A DNA stretch of 64,000 bases, from contig JAKJDO010000001.1 in assembly GCA_022705905.1 (NCBI GenBank), positions 28,692-92,691 on the forward strand, given 5' to 3'. Within the stretch, counting starts at the first letter, position 1, and every line of letters starts with the position of its first letter. The notes under the pieces were generated by a model, which did no database searches, was not told where the DNA came from, and worked only from the letters and a program-made list of their open reading frames with translations. This DNA comes from Patescibacteria group bacterium. GTDB taxonomy: Bacteria > Patescibacteriota > Patescibacteriia > Patescibacteriales > UBA12075. A program made the position numbers and the translations under genes. Below are positions 56,489 through 64,000 of the stretch, piece after piece.

Positions 56489-56501
56489 GCAAGCGGGAAT
56501 C
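56478..56501. repeat. Hairpin repeat GTCATTCCCACG-caa-GCGGGAATC (family copy 3), overlapping the nusA start region.
   Basis: Same family as 41438 and 51161. Confidence 0.5.
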
Positions 56502-56844
56502 TAAATTAATGAAAAAGGCTAGTTTATCTATTGATAACTAGCCTGAATGCCTCTTTATAATATCACGTCCCTGACTACTTGTCAAATTTAAAACAATATG
56601 ATAGCATTTACTTTGATAGTCAGAGACGACTATTTCTTTTTTTCAAGTCGGTTTTTCTATAAAATTTTAGCTGAGCGGCAGTCTTGTCTGGCTGCAATCC
56701 CACTGGAGATGAAGAATGGTTAGTTTAATTAACTGCCCTCAAAAACTTGCCAGGCTCGTCTTGCGTGTCGTGCGGGAAACGCCGCCCTGTCAAGGTCTAC
56801 AAATAAATTTATAAAATACACCTAATTAATAAAACCTTCAGCGC

Positions 56845-56919
56845 GGAGTGGTAGTTCAGTTTGGTTAGAACGCCGCCCTGTCACGGCGGAGGTCGCGGGT
56901 TCGAGCCCCGTCCACTCCG
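56845..56919 (+). tRNA. tRNA-Asp (anticodon GTC), flanked by an extended inverted repeat (ccttcagcgc...gcgctgaagg) and followed by a T-run.
   Basis: Manual fold. Acceptor GGAGTGG/CCACTCC, anticodon stem CCGCC/GGCGG with loop CTGTCAC, T-loop GGTTCGAGCCC. Confidence 0.8.
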
Positions 56920-57275
56920 CGCTGAAGGTTTTTTATTTTGGCGAGTCACGGTGGTAAGGATCTGTCTCGTTTGCCCGCCCAAAGCCGCAAGTATTTGCGA
57001 CGAGAGTAGTCTGCTCCATAAATGATAAAATGGTCTCAATAAAAAAACCTTTTTTGTTTTAATGGAGATCTTAATCAAAAGATGTTAAAATAAAAACAAA
57101 GTTAATTTAAAAAACATGCTACTAATAATAATCCTAATCATTTTTATCCTGATGGCTGGCGCTGCAATTTATCTTGGCGCTAAAGAAGACGAGAAAAAGA
57201 AAAAATAATTTTCAAAAAGACGACATAAAAAAACAACCTCAGAATTTTAAGGCTGTTTTTTTTATTAAAAATTTA

Positions 57276-58403
57276 TTATTGTTTAATCGGCATAATAATA
57301 TAAATGTACCCCAAATCTTTTTCCGATTTTAACACACAGGGCGTATTGCCATCAATAATGCCTAATTTAATTGTATCGCCTTCAATATTGTTGACGCCAT
57401 CCAGTAAATAACGAAAATTAACGACGATGCCGTTGTCTTTACCATTTACTGCCGCTTCCAGCTCGGTAATATTTTCGCCAGTCTGGCTGGAAGAAGAAGA
57501 AATAATAATCTTATTTTTACCTAAAGGAAAATCCAAGTTAACATCATTGACGCCTGACTTCGAAAAAATCGACGCCGCCTTAACAGCGCGCACTAATTCA
57601 TCGCGATTAACCGACACGCTCGTCTCGCTTTTAGAAGGAATTATCTGCTTATAGTCAGGATACTGACCTTCAATCAATCTTGAAACTAACTCGGTATTAC
57701 CGATTATAAATAAAATCTGGTTGTCATTCACATAAAACTCTATGTCTTCGCTTTCTTCGCTCAAATTCTCATTTTTAACAGCTGACATTATTCTAATCAA
57801 CTCCTGTAGCGTCTTGGCTGGAATAATTATTTTTTTGTCGGTTTTAGAGTTTGTTTTTATTTTTATTTCTTTTTCCGCTAGTCGATAGCTATCCGTAGCG
57901 GCCATAATTAATTTATCGCCACTAAAATAAAACTGCACGCCCGTCAGCTCAATTCTAGTTTCACTGTTAGATACGGCAAAAATAACTTGCGACAAAGCTT
58001 TTCTAAACTCATTAGCTTCAGCTTTAAAATATTCTTTTCTTTCCACTTTTGGGATTAACGGAAATTCGTCTGCCTCCTGGCCACGCACTACTGTTTTATA
58101 ATTTTCGCTTTTAATTAATAAATTACTGTCTTTGCGCTCTATTTCCACTTTTTTGTTAGGCAACAAAGCAATAAATTCCGAAACGACCTTAGAATCGACT
58201 GTAAATACGCCCTCTTTTTCAATCTTGCCCCGGACAGTTGCTGTAATGCCAACTTCTAAATCAGTAGTTATCAACCTAATATTGCCGTCTTTAGCCTCAA
58301 TCATAACATTGTTCAGAATCGGCAAATTTACGTTTTTGCCGGCAATATGACTGGCAATTAAAATACCGCTTTTAAAATTTTCCTGAAGGCTGGTAATTTT
58401 CAT
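57276..58403 (-). CDS. dnaN: DNA polymerase III beta sliding clamp.
   Basis: 375 aa with a three-domain clamp pattern. It follows dnaA directly. Confidence 0.85.
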   Translation of the reverse strand: MKITSLQENFKSGILIASHIAGKNVNLPILNNVMIEAKDGNIRLITTDLEVGITATVRGKIEKEGVFTVDSKVVSEFIALLPNKKVEIERKDSNLLIKSENYKTVVRGQEADEFPLIPKVERKEYFKAEANEFRKALSQVIFAVSNSETRIELTGVQFYFSGDKLIMAATDSYRLAEKEIKIKTNSKTDKKIIIPAKTLQELIRIMSAVKNENLSEESEDIEFYVNDNQILFIIGNTELVSRLIEGQYPDYKQIIPSKSETSVSVNRDELVRAVKAASIFSKSGVNDVNLDFPLGKNKIIISSSSSQTGENITELEAAVNGKDNGIVVNFRYLLDGVNNIEGDTIKLGIIDGNTPCVLKSEKDLGYIYIIMPIKQ

Positions 58404-58414
58404 ATTTTTATAAA

Positions 58415-59767
58415 CTAATTGTTGTTATATAAAAGCTGTTTAATAGACTCTATGTCTTGCTTGATGCGCTCGTTGTCGTCCGCTTCTTTCGTAATTTTGT
58501 TAAAGGCATGCATGGCAGTAGTGTGGTCGCGACCGCCAATTTCCTGGCCAATGGTCGGATAAGACGTGTTGGTCTCTTTGCGCATTAAAAACATAATAAT
58601 CTGCCGCGGATAAACCAGCTCTTTTTTACGGCACTTGCCAGTCAAGTCCTTGGTTTCAACATCAAAATATTTAGAAACAGACTCAATAATGTCTTTGCCG
58701 GTAATTGACTTGGTTTTAGTTGAGGTGATGATGCTGCCTAAGACGCTCTTGGAAGAATCAATAGTTGGCTTGGTGTTGTTAAATTCATGAAAAGCAATTA
58801 ACCGGTTCAGCGCCCCCTCCAGCTCGCGAATGTTGCTTTGAATATTGTTGGCAATATAATACAAAATTTCCGGGTCTAAAGAATAATTTTTTTCGCGGCA
58901 TTTAGCTTCTAATATTGCCATTCTGGTTTCAATGTCTGGCTGGGCAATGTCAACAATCATGCCCCACTCAAATCTAGACAACAGCCTTTTTTCTAAAGCT
59001 GGAATGGATTTAGGCGGGCGATCACAAGTCAAAACAATTTGTTTATTAGTTTGGTGAAGTTCGTTAAAAGTATGAAAAAATTCTTCCTGGGTGCCGTCTT
59101 TACCGGCCATAAACTGAATATCGTCTATCAGCAACAAATCAACGTTACGATAAAGGTCTTTGAATTCTTTGGCCTTGCCATTTTTTACTGAATGAATATA
59201 ATCGTTGGTAAAACGTTCACAGGTGATATATAAAATTTTATTGGTTCTTTTTGAAATTTCATGACCCACGGCTTGCAACAGGTGTGTCTTGCCCAGACCC
59301 ACGCCGCCATAAATAAACAAGGGGTTATAAGCATTGCCCGGATTGGCGGCCACTGCCTGGCTGGCGGCGTGCGCCAATTCGTTGCCTTTGCCGACAATAA
59401 AGCTTTCAAAATTATAGCGGGCGTTCAAGCCAAACTGATTAATGGAAACGGGTTCGCTACTCGCTTCTTCTTTTTTTATTTTTATTTTTTTAAGCAAATC
59501 ATCCATCGGGCTGTTTCTTCTGGTTTCAACTTTATAAAATATCTGCTTAACCGTCTTGGTGCTGACACTCTGGATTGCGCCAGAAATTTGCTGATGATAC
59601 TTTTTTTCCAACCAAGCCTTAGTAAAGGTGTTGGGCACACAAATGACAACCTTTTCGTCTTCAAACGAAGAAATAAAAGTGTTTTTAAACCAGGTGGTGA
59701 AATTTGCCTTGGATAAATTAAGTTCTATTTCGCCAAGCACCGCCTGCCAAAGTTGATCGTGATTCAT
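58415..59767 (-). CDS. dnaA: Chromosomal replication initiator DnaA.
   Basis: Walker A GGVGLGKTHLL, sensor motifs, and a C-terminal DNA-binding domain. Confidence 0.9.
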   Translation of the reverse strand: MNHDQLWQAVLGEIELNLSKANFTTWFKNTFISSFEDEKVVICVPNTFTKAWLEKKYHQQISGAIQSVSTKTVKQIFYKVETRRNSPMDDLLKKIKIKKEEASSEPVSINQFGLNARYNFESFIVGKGNELAHAASQAVAANPGNAYNPLFIYGGVGLGKTHLLQAVGHEISKRTNKILYITCERFTNDYIHSVKNGKAKEFKDLYRNVDLLLIDDIQFMAGKDGTQEEFFHTFNELHQTNKQIVLTCDRPPKSIPALEKRLLSRFEWGMIVDIAQPDIETRMAILEAKCREKNYSLDPEILYYIANNIQSNIRELEGALNRLIAFHEFNNTKPTIDSSKSVLGSIITSTKTKSITGKDIIESVSKYFDVETKDLTGKCRKKELVYPRQIIMFLMRKETNTSYPTIGQEIGGRDHTTAMHAFNKITKEADDNERIKQDIESIKQLLYNNN

Positions 59768-60358
59768 AGCCCAATGGTTAATAGTTAATTTAAATTTATT
59801 CTTTTTTAAAAGCGTTTTTAATAGCAGTTGGAATTATACCAGATAATAAAACTTTTAAAAACCCTAATTTTGTTTACAAGTTGTTTATAAACAGTGGAAA
59901 ATAAACATTCCATTTTTATTTTTATAAAGCCGGTTAATTTTTAAAAACTCGTTGGCAACAACCTCTATTTTTATAATTTAATTAAATATATAAAGATAGT
60001 AATAGTAATAATAAGGAGGTGGTTAAAGTTTAATTAATCTTTAATTTGTTTAATAATAGCGGTAAATGGCTATAACAAACTGTTGACAAGCCTGACCGAC
60101 TTTTGTGGATTGGGTTTAATAAAATGTGCTTAACTTCTCGTCTGGTGTTTTTAATACTAATGTTTTACACCCCTTGTACCAAAAAAACAACAGACATCAA
60201 ACAACAAGGCCACAAACAATACCACCACTTAATCACAGATAAGTGCGTCTTAAAAACGTTGACGCTCCATTTTATTTTTTCTAATTGACTAAAAAAAATT
60301 AAAATGTTATGTTAATCAAGAAAATAATATAAAAATAATTTTGTAATAAATTTATTTT
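59768..60358. promoter_or_regulatory. Candidate oriC, or at least the dnaA promoter region: an AT-rich 590-bp spacer between divergent rpmH and dnaA.
   Basis: Conserved rnpA-rpmH/dnaA-dnaN synteny. Only degenerate DnaA boxes are visible (ttataaaca, tgtggattg). Confidence 0.4.
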
Positions 60359-60508
60359 ATGCCTAAAAGAACTTACCAGCCAAATAAGCGTCGGGCTTCG
60401 AAAAAACATGGCTTCCGCAAGCGCATGCAAACCAAGTCTGGCAGAAAAGTTATTAAAGCCCGAAAAAATAGGGGTCGTAAAGTTTTAACCAAGAAGAAAA
60501 TTAAATAA
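60359..60508 (+). CDS. rpmH: 50S ribosomal protein L34.
   Basis: Manual translation [49 protein letters not shown]. The gene is below the ORF-track length cutoff. Confidence 0.8.
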   Translation: MPKRTYQPNKRRASKKHGFRKRMQTKSGRKVIKARKNRGRKVLTKKKIK

Positions 60509-60541
60509 ATTTTTAAACTTTGTTTTTTTTGTGGTTAATGT

Positions 60542-60883
60542 ATGTTAAAAAAATATAACCGGTTGGCAAAAACGAAAGACATAGACAGCGTATTTAAATA
60601 TGGTAAAAATAATTTCAGTAATTTTTTAGGAGCCAAAATTTTAGACAACCAGTTGGTTTTTAATAGATTTGCTGTTGTTGTCGGCACTAAAATAAGCAAG
60701 AAGGCCGTAGTCAGAAACAAGATTAAAAGACAAATTAGAGAGATTATAAAACAAGAACAGCCTGATTTTAAAACAGGAAAAGACATAATTATTCTAACTT
60801 TGCCAGCGATTTTTAATAAAAAATTTGCTGATATTAGGGAAGATTTAATAAAGGTTTTTAAAAAAGCCAGACTTTATAAATAA
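60542..60883 (+). CDS. rnpA: RNase P protein component.
   Basis: 113-aa basic protein with an RNR-like motif ([12 protein letters not shown]). It directly follows rpmH. Confidence 0.8.
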   Translation: MLKKYNRLAKTKDIDSVFKYGKNNFSNFLGAKILDNQLVFNRFAVVVGTKISKKAVVRNKIKRQIREIIKQEQPDFKTGKDIIILTLPAIFNKKFADIREDLIKVFKKARLYK

Positions 60884-61140
60884 TGAAAAACAGCTTCGTT
60901 TATCTACCTCGTTATTTTTTGATCACGATAATTAAGTTTTATCAAAAAACGTTATCGTTTGATCACGGCCTGTTTAAACATCTTTTTCCCTATGGATTTT
61001 GTCGTTTTAAACCAACTTGCTCTGAATATGCTATAGCAGCTATTGCTAAGTACGGAGTGATTAGAGGTGGGATAAAGTCTGCTTGGAGAGTTGTGCGCTG
61101 TAATCCGTTTAATAAGGGCGGTTACGATCCATTAAAATAA
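60883..61140 (+). CDS. yidD: Membrane protein insertion efficiency factor YidD.
   Basis: FYQKTLS...[10 protein letters not shown]...[11 protein letters not shown] signature. Confidence 0.8.
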   Translation: MKNSFVYLPRYFLITIIKFYQKTLSFDHGLFKHLFPYGFCRFKPTCSEYAIAAIAKYGVIRGGIKSAWRVVRCNPFNKGGYDPLK

Positions 61141-61142
61141 TT

Positions 61143-61182
61143 CGCCCTCGCTTTGTTTGGAGGAGAGGGTCGGGGTGAGGTT
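61143..61182. repeat. G-rich repeat copy between yidD and yidC: cgccctcgctttgtttggaggagagggtcggggtgaggtt.
   Basis: Family with 36017, 40476 and 63968. This copy contains the yidC RBS. Confidence 0.45.
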
Positions 61183-61198
61183 AAAATAAATTAAATCA

Positions 61199-61930
61199 AT
61201 GGAACAAGGAATATTTTTTACATTTTTTTATCAGCCGATTTTAAATCTGGTGGTTTTTTTATATAACATTATTCCTGGCCAAGACCTGGGTTTAACAATT
61301 ATTGCCTTAACCATAATTATTAAGGCTGCGTTATTACCATTATCAAAAAGTTCAATTAAATCACAAAAAGCATTACAAGAGTTGCAGCCCAAGATAGATG
61401 AACTAAAGGCTAAGTATAAAGATAAAAAGGAGGAAATGGGCAAGGCCATGCTGGAGATGTATAAGCAGAATAAAATTAACCCGCTCTCTTCTTGCTTGCC
61501 GCTTATTATCCAACTCCCCTTCTTAATCGCCGTTTTTCAAGTTTTTCGCGATGGTTTAGCTAACGGCGCTCTAAATAGCGTTTATTCTTTTATAGATAAA
61601 CCAGAGGTTATAAATCAGGTGGCATTCGGCTTTCTCGATCTGTCAAAAAACCACAATATAGTTTTAGCGGTTTTAGCCGGCGCGGCTCAGTTTTGGCAAT
61701 CAAAAATGATGATGACAAAGCGCCCGGCTGTTAAGATTCCGGAATCAAAGGACGAAGATATGGCCGCGATTATGAATAAGCAGATGTTATATATCTTCCC
61801 ATTGATGACCGTTTGGTTCTCCTACACCTTTCCGGCTGGTCTAGCGCTTTATTGGTTTGTTCTTACACTACTTGGAGTCGCTCAGCAATATTACATTTTT
61901 AAAAGCAAGAAGAAGGACGAAGTAAAGTAA
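61199..61930 (+). CDS. yidC: Membrane protein insertase YidC (short form).
   Basis: 243 aa with 5 TM helices. It follows rpmH-rnpA-yidD in the conserved order. Confidence 0.8.
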   Translation: MEQGIFFTFFYQPILNLVVFLYNIIPGQDLGLTIIALTIIIKAALLPLSKSSIKSQKALQELQPKIDELKAKYKDKKEEMGKAMLEMYKQNKINPLSSCLPLIIQLPFLIAVFQVFRDGLANGALNSVYSFIDKPEVINQVAFGFLDLSKNHNIVLAVLAGAAQFWQSKMMMTKRPAVKIPESKDEDMAAIMNKQMLYIFPLMTVWFSYTFPAGLALYWFVLTLLGVAQQYYIFKSKKKDEVK

Positions 61931-62015
61931 AATATTTTAGCTAGTTTTAAATAAAAAATGTCTATTATAGAATAGATGTTTTTTTATTTATATGCTATAA
62001 TTATTTTGTATTTTT

Positions 62016-62135
62016 ATGTCATCCTGAGGCTGTAGGCCGAAGGATCTCGGGTGTCTTGCAAGTTGTTCGTGTTTGCAAAACAACCAGAGATTCTTCGCTG
62101 CCTGCCTGCCGGCCGGCAGGCGCTCAGAATGACAT
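62016..62135. repeat. MITE-like inverted-repeat element of 120 bp. The arms are atgtcatcctgagg..gccgaaggatctcggg and cagagattcttcgc..gctcagaatgacat, each with an inner palindrome. Its right end overlaps the murI ATG.
   Basis: The arms are reverse complements of each other and belong to the GTCATYCTGAGCG family. The central part contains ttgcaa palindromes. Confidence 0.5.
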
Positions 62136-62976
62136 GCTAGTAATTATGATTGGAGTTTTTGATTCGGGCTTTGGCGGCCTCACAATTTTAAAAAGTTTTT
62201 TAGATAAGTTGCCTGAATACGATTATGTTTATTTAGGTGATAACGCGCGCGCGCCTTACGGCAGTAAGTCGCACGACACAATTTATCAATACACCTGCGA
62301 AGCATTAAAATTTTTATTTGCGCAAGGTTGCGATTTAGTAATTCTCGCTTGCAATTCTGCATCGGCTGAAGCCTTGCGTCAAGTCCAGCAAGAATTCTTG
62401 CCAAAGAATTTTCCCGACAAAAAAGTTTTAGGCGTGGTCGTGCCAATCGTTGAAGGCGTGACTGAATTTATAGAAAATAAAAAGTTGGATTCTAAAAAAG
62501 TTCGCGTTGGCATCATCGGTACGCGCGCGACGATTGAATCAAAAGTTTTTGAAAAAGAATTAGCGAAAAGAAATTTTTCCGGTGAGATTTTAGCTCGCGC
62601 CTGTCCCCTGCTCGTTCCGCTGGTTGAAGAAAACTGGACAAAGCGGCCGGAAACAAAAACAATTCTAAAAAAATATTTACAACCGCTAAAAACAAATAAC
62701 ATTAATATCTTAGTTTTAGCCTGTACTCACTACCCTATTTTATTTAATCAAGTTCAACACGCAATCGGTCGTAAAGTTTTTGTATTAAATCCGCCAGAGA
62801 TCGTGGCTGAGAAATTAAAAGATTTTTTAAAGCGCCATCCCGAGATAGAAACTAGACTCTCTAAAAATAAAAAAAGGTTGTTTTACACAACCGATAATGT
62901 TCAGCGTTTTTCCAAATTCACTTCGAGATTTTTAAACCTCCAAAGTCCTCAGATAGAAAAAACAAAAATAAGTTGA
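62134..62976 (+). CDS. murI: Glutamate racemase.
   Basis: VFDSGFGGLT and a CTHYP-type second active-site motif. The start is taken at an internal Met (the ORF track begins at 62056, inside the repeat element). Confidence 0.8.
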   Translation: MLVIMIGVFDSGFGGLTILKSFLDKLPEYDYVYLGDNARAPYGSKSHDTIYQYTCEALKFLFAQGCDLVILACNSASAEALRQVQQEFLPKNFPDKKVLGVVVPIVEGVTEFIENKKLDSKKVRVGIIGTRATIESKVFEKELAKRNFSGEILARACPLLVPLVEENWTKRPETKTILKKYLQPLKTNNINILVLACTHYPILFNQVQHAIGRKVFVLNPPEIVAEKLKDFLKRHPEIETRLSKNKKRLFYTTDNVQRFSKFTSRFLNLQSPQIEKTKIS

Positions 62977-63217
62977 TTTCATATAACGTTTAAGAATATC
63001 CGAAGTCCCGCCCATATTCTATGCGCAAGACTTTTAATATCCCAACATACTTTTTAATGGAACTAACCGTTTGAATATCATAGCGGGATTTGGGTCGAGA
63101 AAATTTTTCTTGCCTTGAAAATATATTTGTGAAAAATTTTTGAGCCGTATATTCTTTGTTATCGGATGTAGTCAAAAATCTCTTTCCTTATTAAAAGAAA
63201 TTTAATTTTTTGGCAAT

Positions 63218-63829
63218 TTATTTTGTTAACTGAAAACTTTTAAATATCTTACTAACATCTTGAAGCGCCACTGATCCTTGTTCTGTTGAATCTTGAACGA
63301 TTACTTTACCTAAAAATATATATTTGTCGTTACTTCCAATTTCAGTATTGCACGGATACATAGCAATTCCAGTTTCCTTCTGTTCCTTTTCACATTCGCT
63401 TACATCTTTTTCATATTCTTCTTTTAATTTTGAATCTATTATATCGATTGCAAAAAGACATTCTTTGTGGGCTGTTTCAAGACAAAATTTAATTCTTTTG
63501 CGGTTAGGGTCATTTAACTCAACATCTAGCATACCTTGATTGTAATCAATTTTTGTTTCAATGAAATAGTTTTTCCAATTATTTGTCAGAGTTATTTGGA
63601 ATCCATATTCCTGATTTGAATATATAGTATTGGCACTGTTTGTAATAGAATTATTATCGTTTTGCTGAATGGGCGTATTGGCAATTTGTTGAGGTGGTTG
63701 TTGCGTTGCTTGTGGAGTGACTACTGCTGGCAGCTGGTTATCTTGCTTTATCGTTGCAAAATATATAGTTGTGCCAAATAAGACAATGCCAACAGCTATT
63801 AAAATTGTAATGATTGTTTTTTGATTCAT
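63218..63829 (-). CDS. Hypothetical secreted or membrane-anchored protein (203 aa) with a Gln/Pro-rich linker and a Cys-containing C-terminal domain.
   Basis: N-terminal TM or signal segment. No family recognised. Confidence 0.4.
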   Translation of the reverse strand: MNQKTIITILIAVGIVLFGTTIYFATIKQDNQLPAVVTPQATQQPPQQIANTPIQQNDNNSITNSANTIYSNQEYGFQITLTNNWKNYFIETKIDYNQGMLDVELNDPNRKRIKFCLETAHKECLFAIDIIDSKLKEEYEKDVSECEKEQKETGIAMYPCNTEIGSNDKYIFLGKVIVQDSTEQGSVALQDVSKIFKSFQLTK

Positions 63830-64000
63830 TTGATTTAAAATATTTAGATTAAAATTATTGTTTATTTCAAGTTATCACGACCTTTGGAAAATTGCCAAAA
63901 AATTAAAATATAAATTGAGAGAGATTTTTGACTATTTCCGATAACTACTTATATACGAACTTTGTTTTAAAACCCTCTCCCCTTCCCGACGATTAAATTT

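Noticed and set aside
56881-57078. 65-aa minus-strand ORF.
   Set aside because: It overlaps the tRNA-Asp 3' half and the GC-rich downstream region, so it is spurious.
57117-57206. 30-aa hydrophobic peptide ORF (MLLIIILIIFILMAGAAIYLGAKEDEKKKK) between tRNA-Asp and dnaN.
   Set aside because: It is too short to be confident about and has no clear RBS. It could be a real micro-membrane protein, but it is unsupported.
62056-62133. N-terminal 26-aa extension of murI in the ORF track.
   Set aside because: The extension is encoded by the MITE-like repeat (Cys/Arg-rich, GC-rich). The conserved MurI N-terminus begins at the internal Met at 62134.
1-64000. CRISPR arrays and rRNA genes.
   Set aside because: No regularly spaced direct-repeat arrays and no 16S/23S/5S signatures (for example GGTTACCTTGTTACGACTT or the anti-SD region) were seen. 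The only tandem repeats are short intragenic low-complexity ones.

Overview
This 64-kb window is an AT-rich bacterial chromosome segment of roughly 35-38% GC by eye, containing the replication-origin neighbourhood (rpmH-rnpA-yidD-yidC divergent from dnaA-dnaN). It carries many housekeeping genes: infB-rbfA-nrnA, clpP, rny-ymdB, hup, recQ, folD-glyA, trpS, lgt, rpsT, holA, murD, polA, rnj, infC-rpmI-rplT, secG, smpB, tig, ppaC, nusA and murI. There are 10 tRNAs and a tmRNA (ssrA) immediately after smpB. Gene content (an Elp3 homolog, family-II pyrophosphatase, RNase Y and J, short YidC, many tiny proteins) is consistent with a reduced monoderm lineage, possibly CPR/Patescibacteria-like, but that placement is inference only.

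The parts that are not housekeeping are:
- a tandem array of seven VirB2/TrbC-like pilin paralogs next to a 3D-domain (lytic-transglycosylase-like) protein and a tRNA-Cys, and a TraX-like gene 18 kb away;
- a polyprenyl-phosphate-sugar glycosylation cluster of two GT-C membrane proteins and two GT2 enzymes;
- a T-box riboswitch leader (Trp-type, UGGC bulge) upstream of two tiny GC-rich ORFs and trpS;
- a GC-rich foreign-looking gene inserted between ssrA and tRNA-Leu;
- two small GIY-YIG nuclease genes, each abutting a tRNA gene, one flanked by a 22-nt duplication of the tRNA-Gly anticodon arm;
- several dispersed small repeat families, two of which sit in-frame inside polA;
- a cupin-cargo element with an apparent empty site elsewhere in the window;
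- two perfect DnaA boxes in a 0.6-kb non-coding region far from dnaA.

I found no rRNA genes and no CRISPR array.
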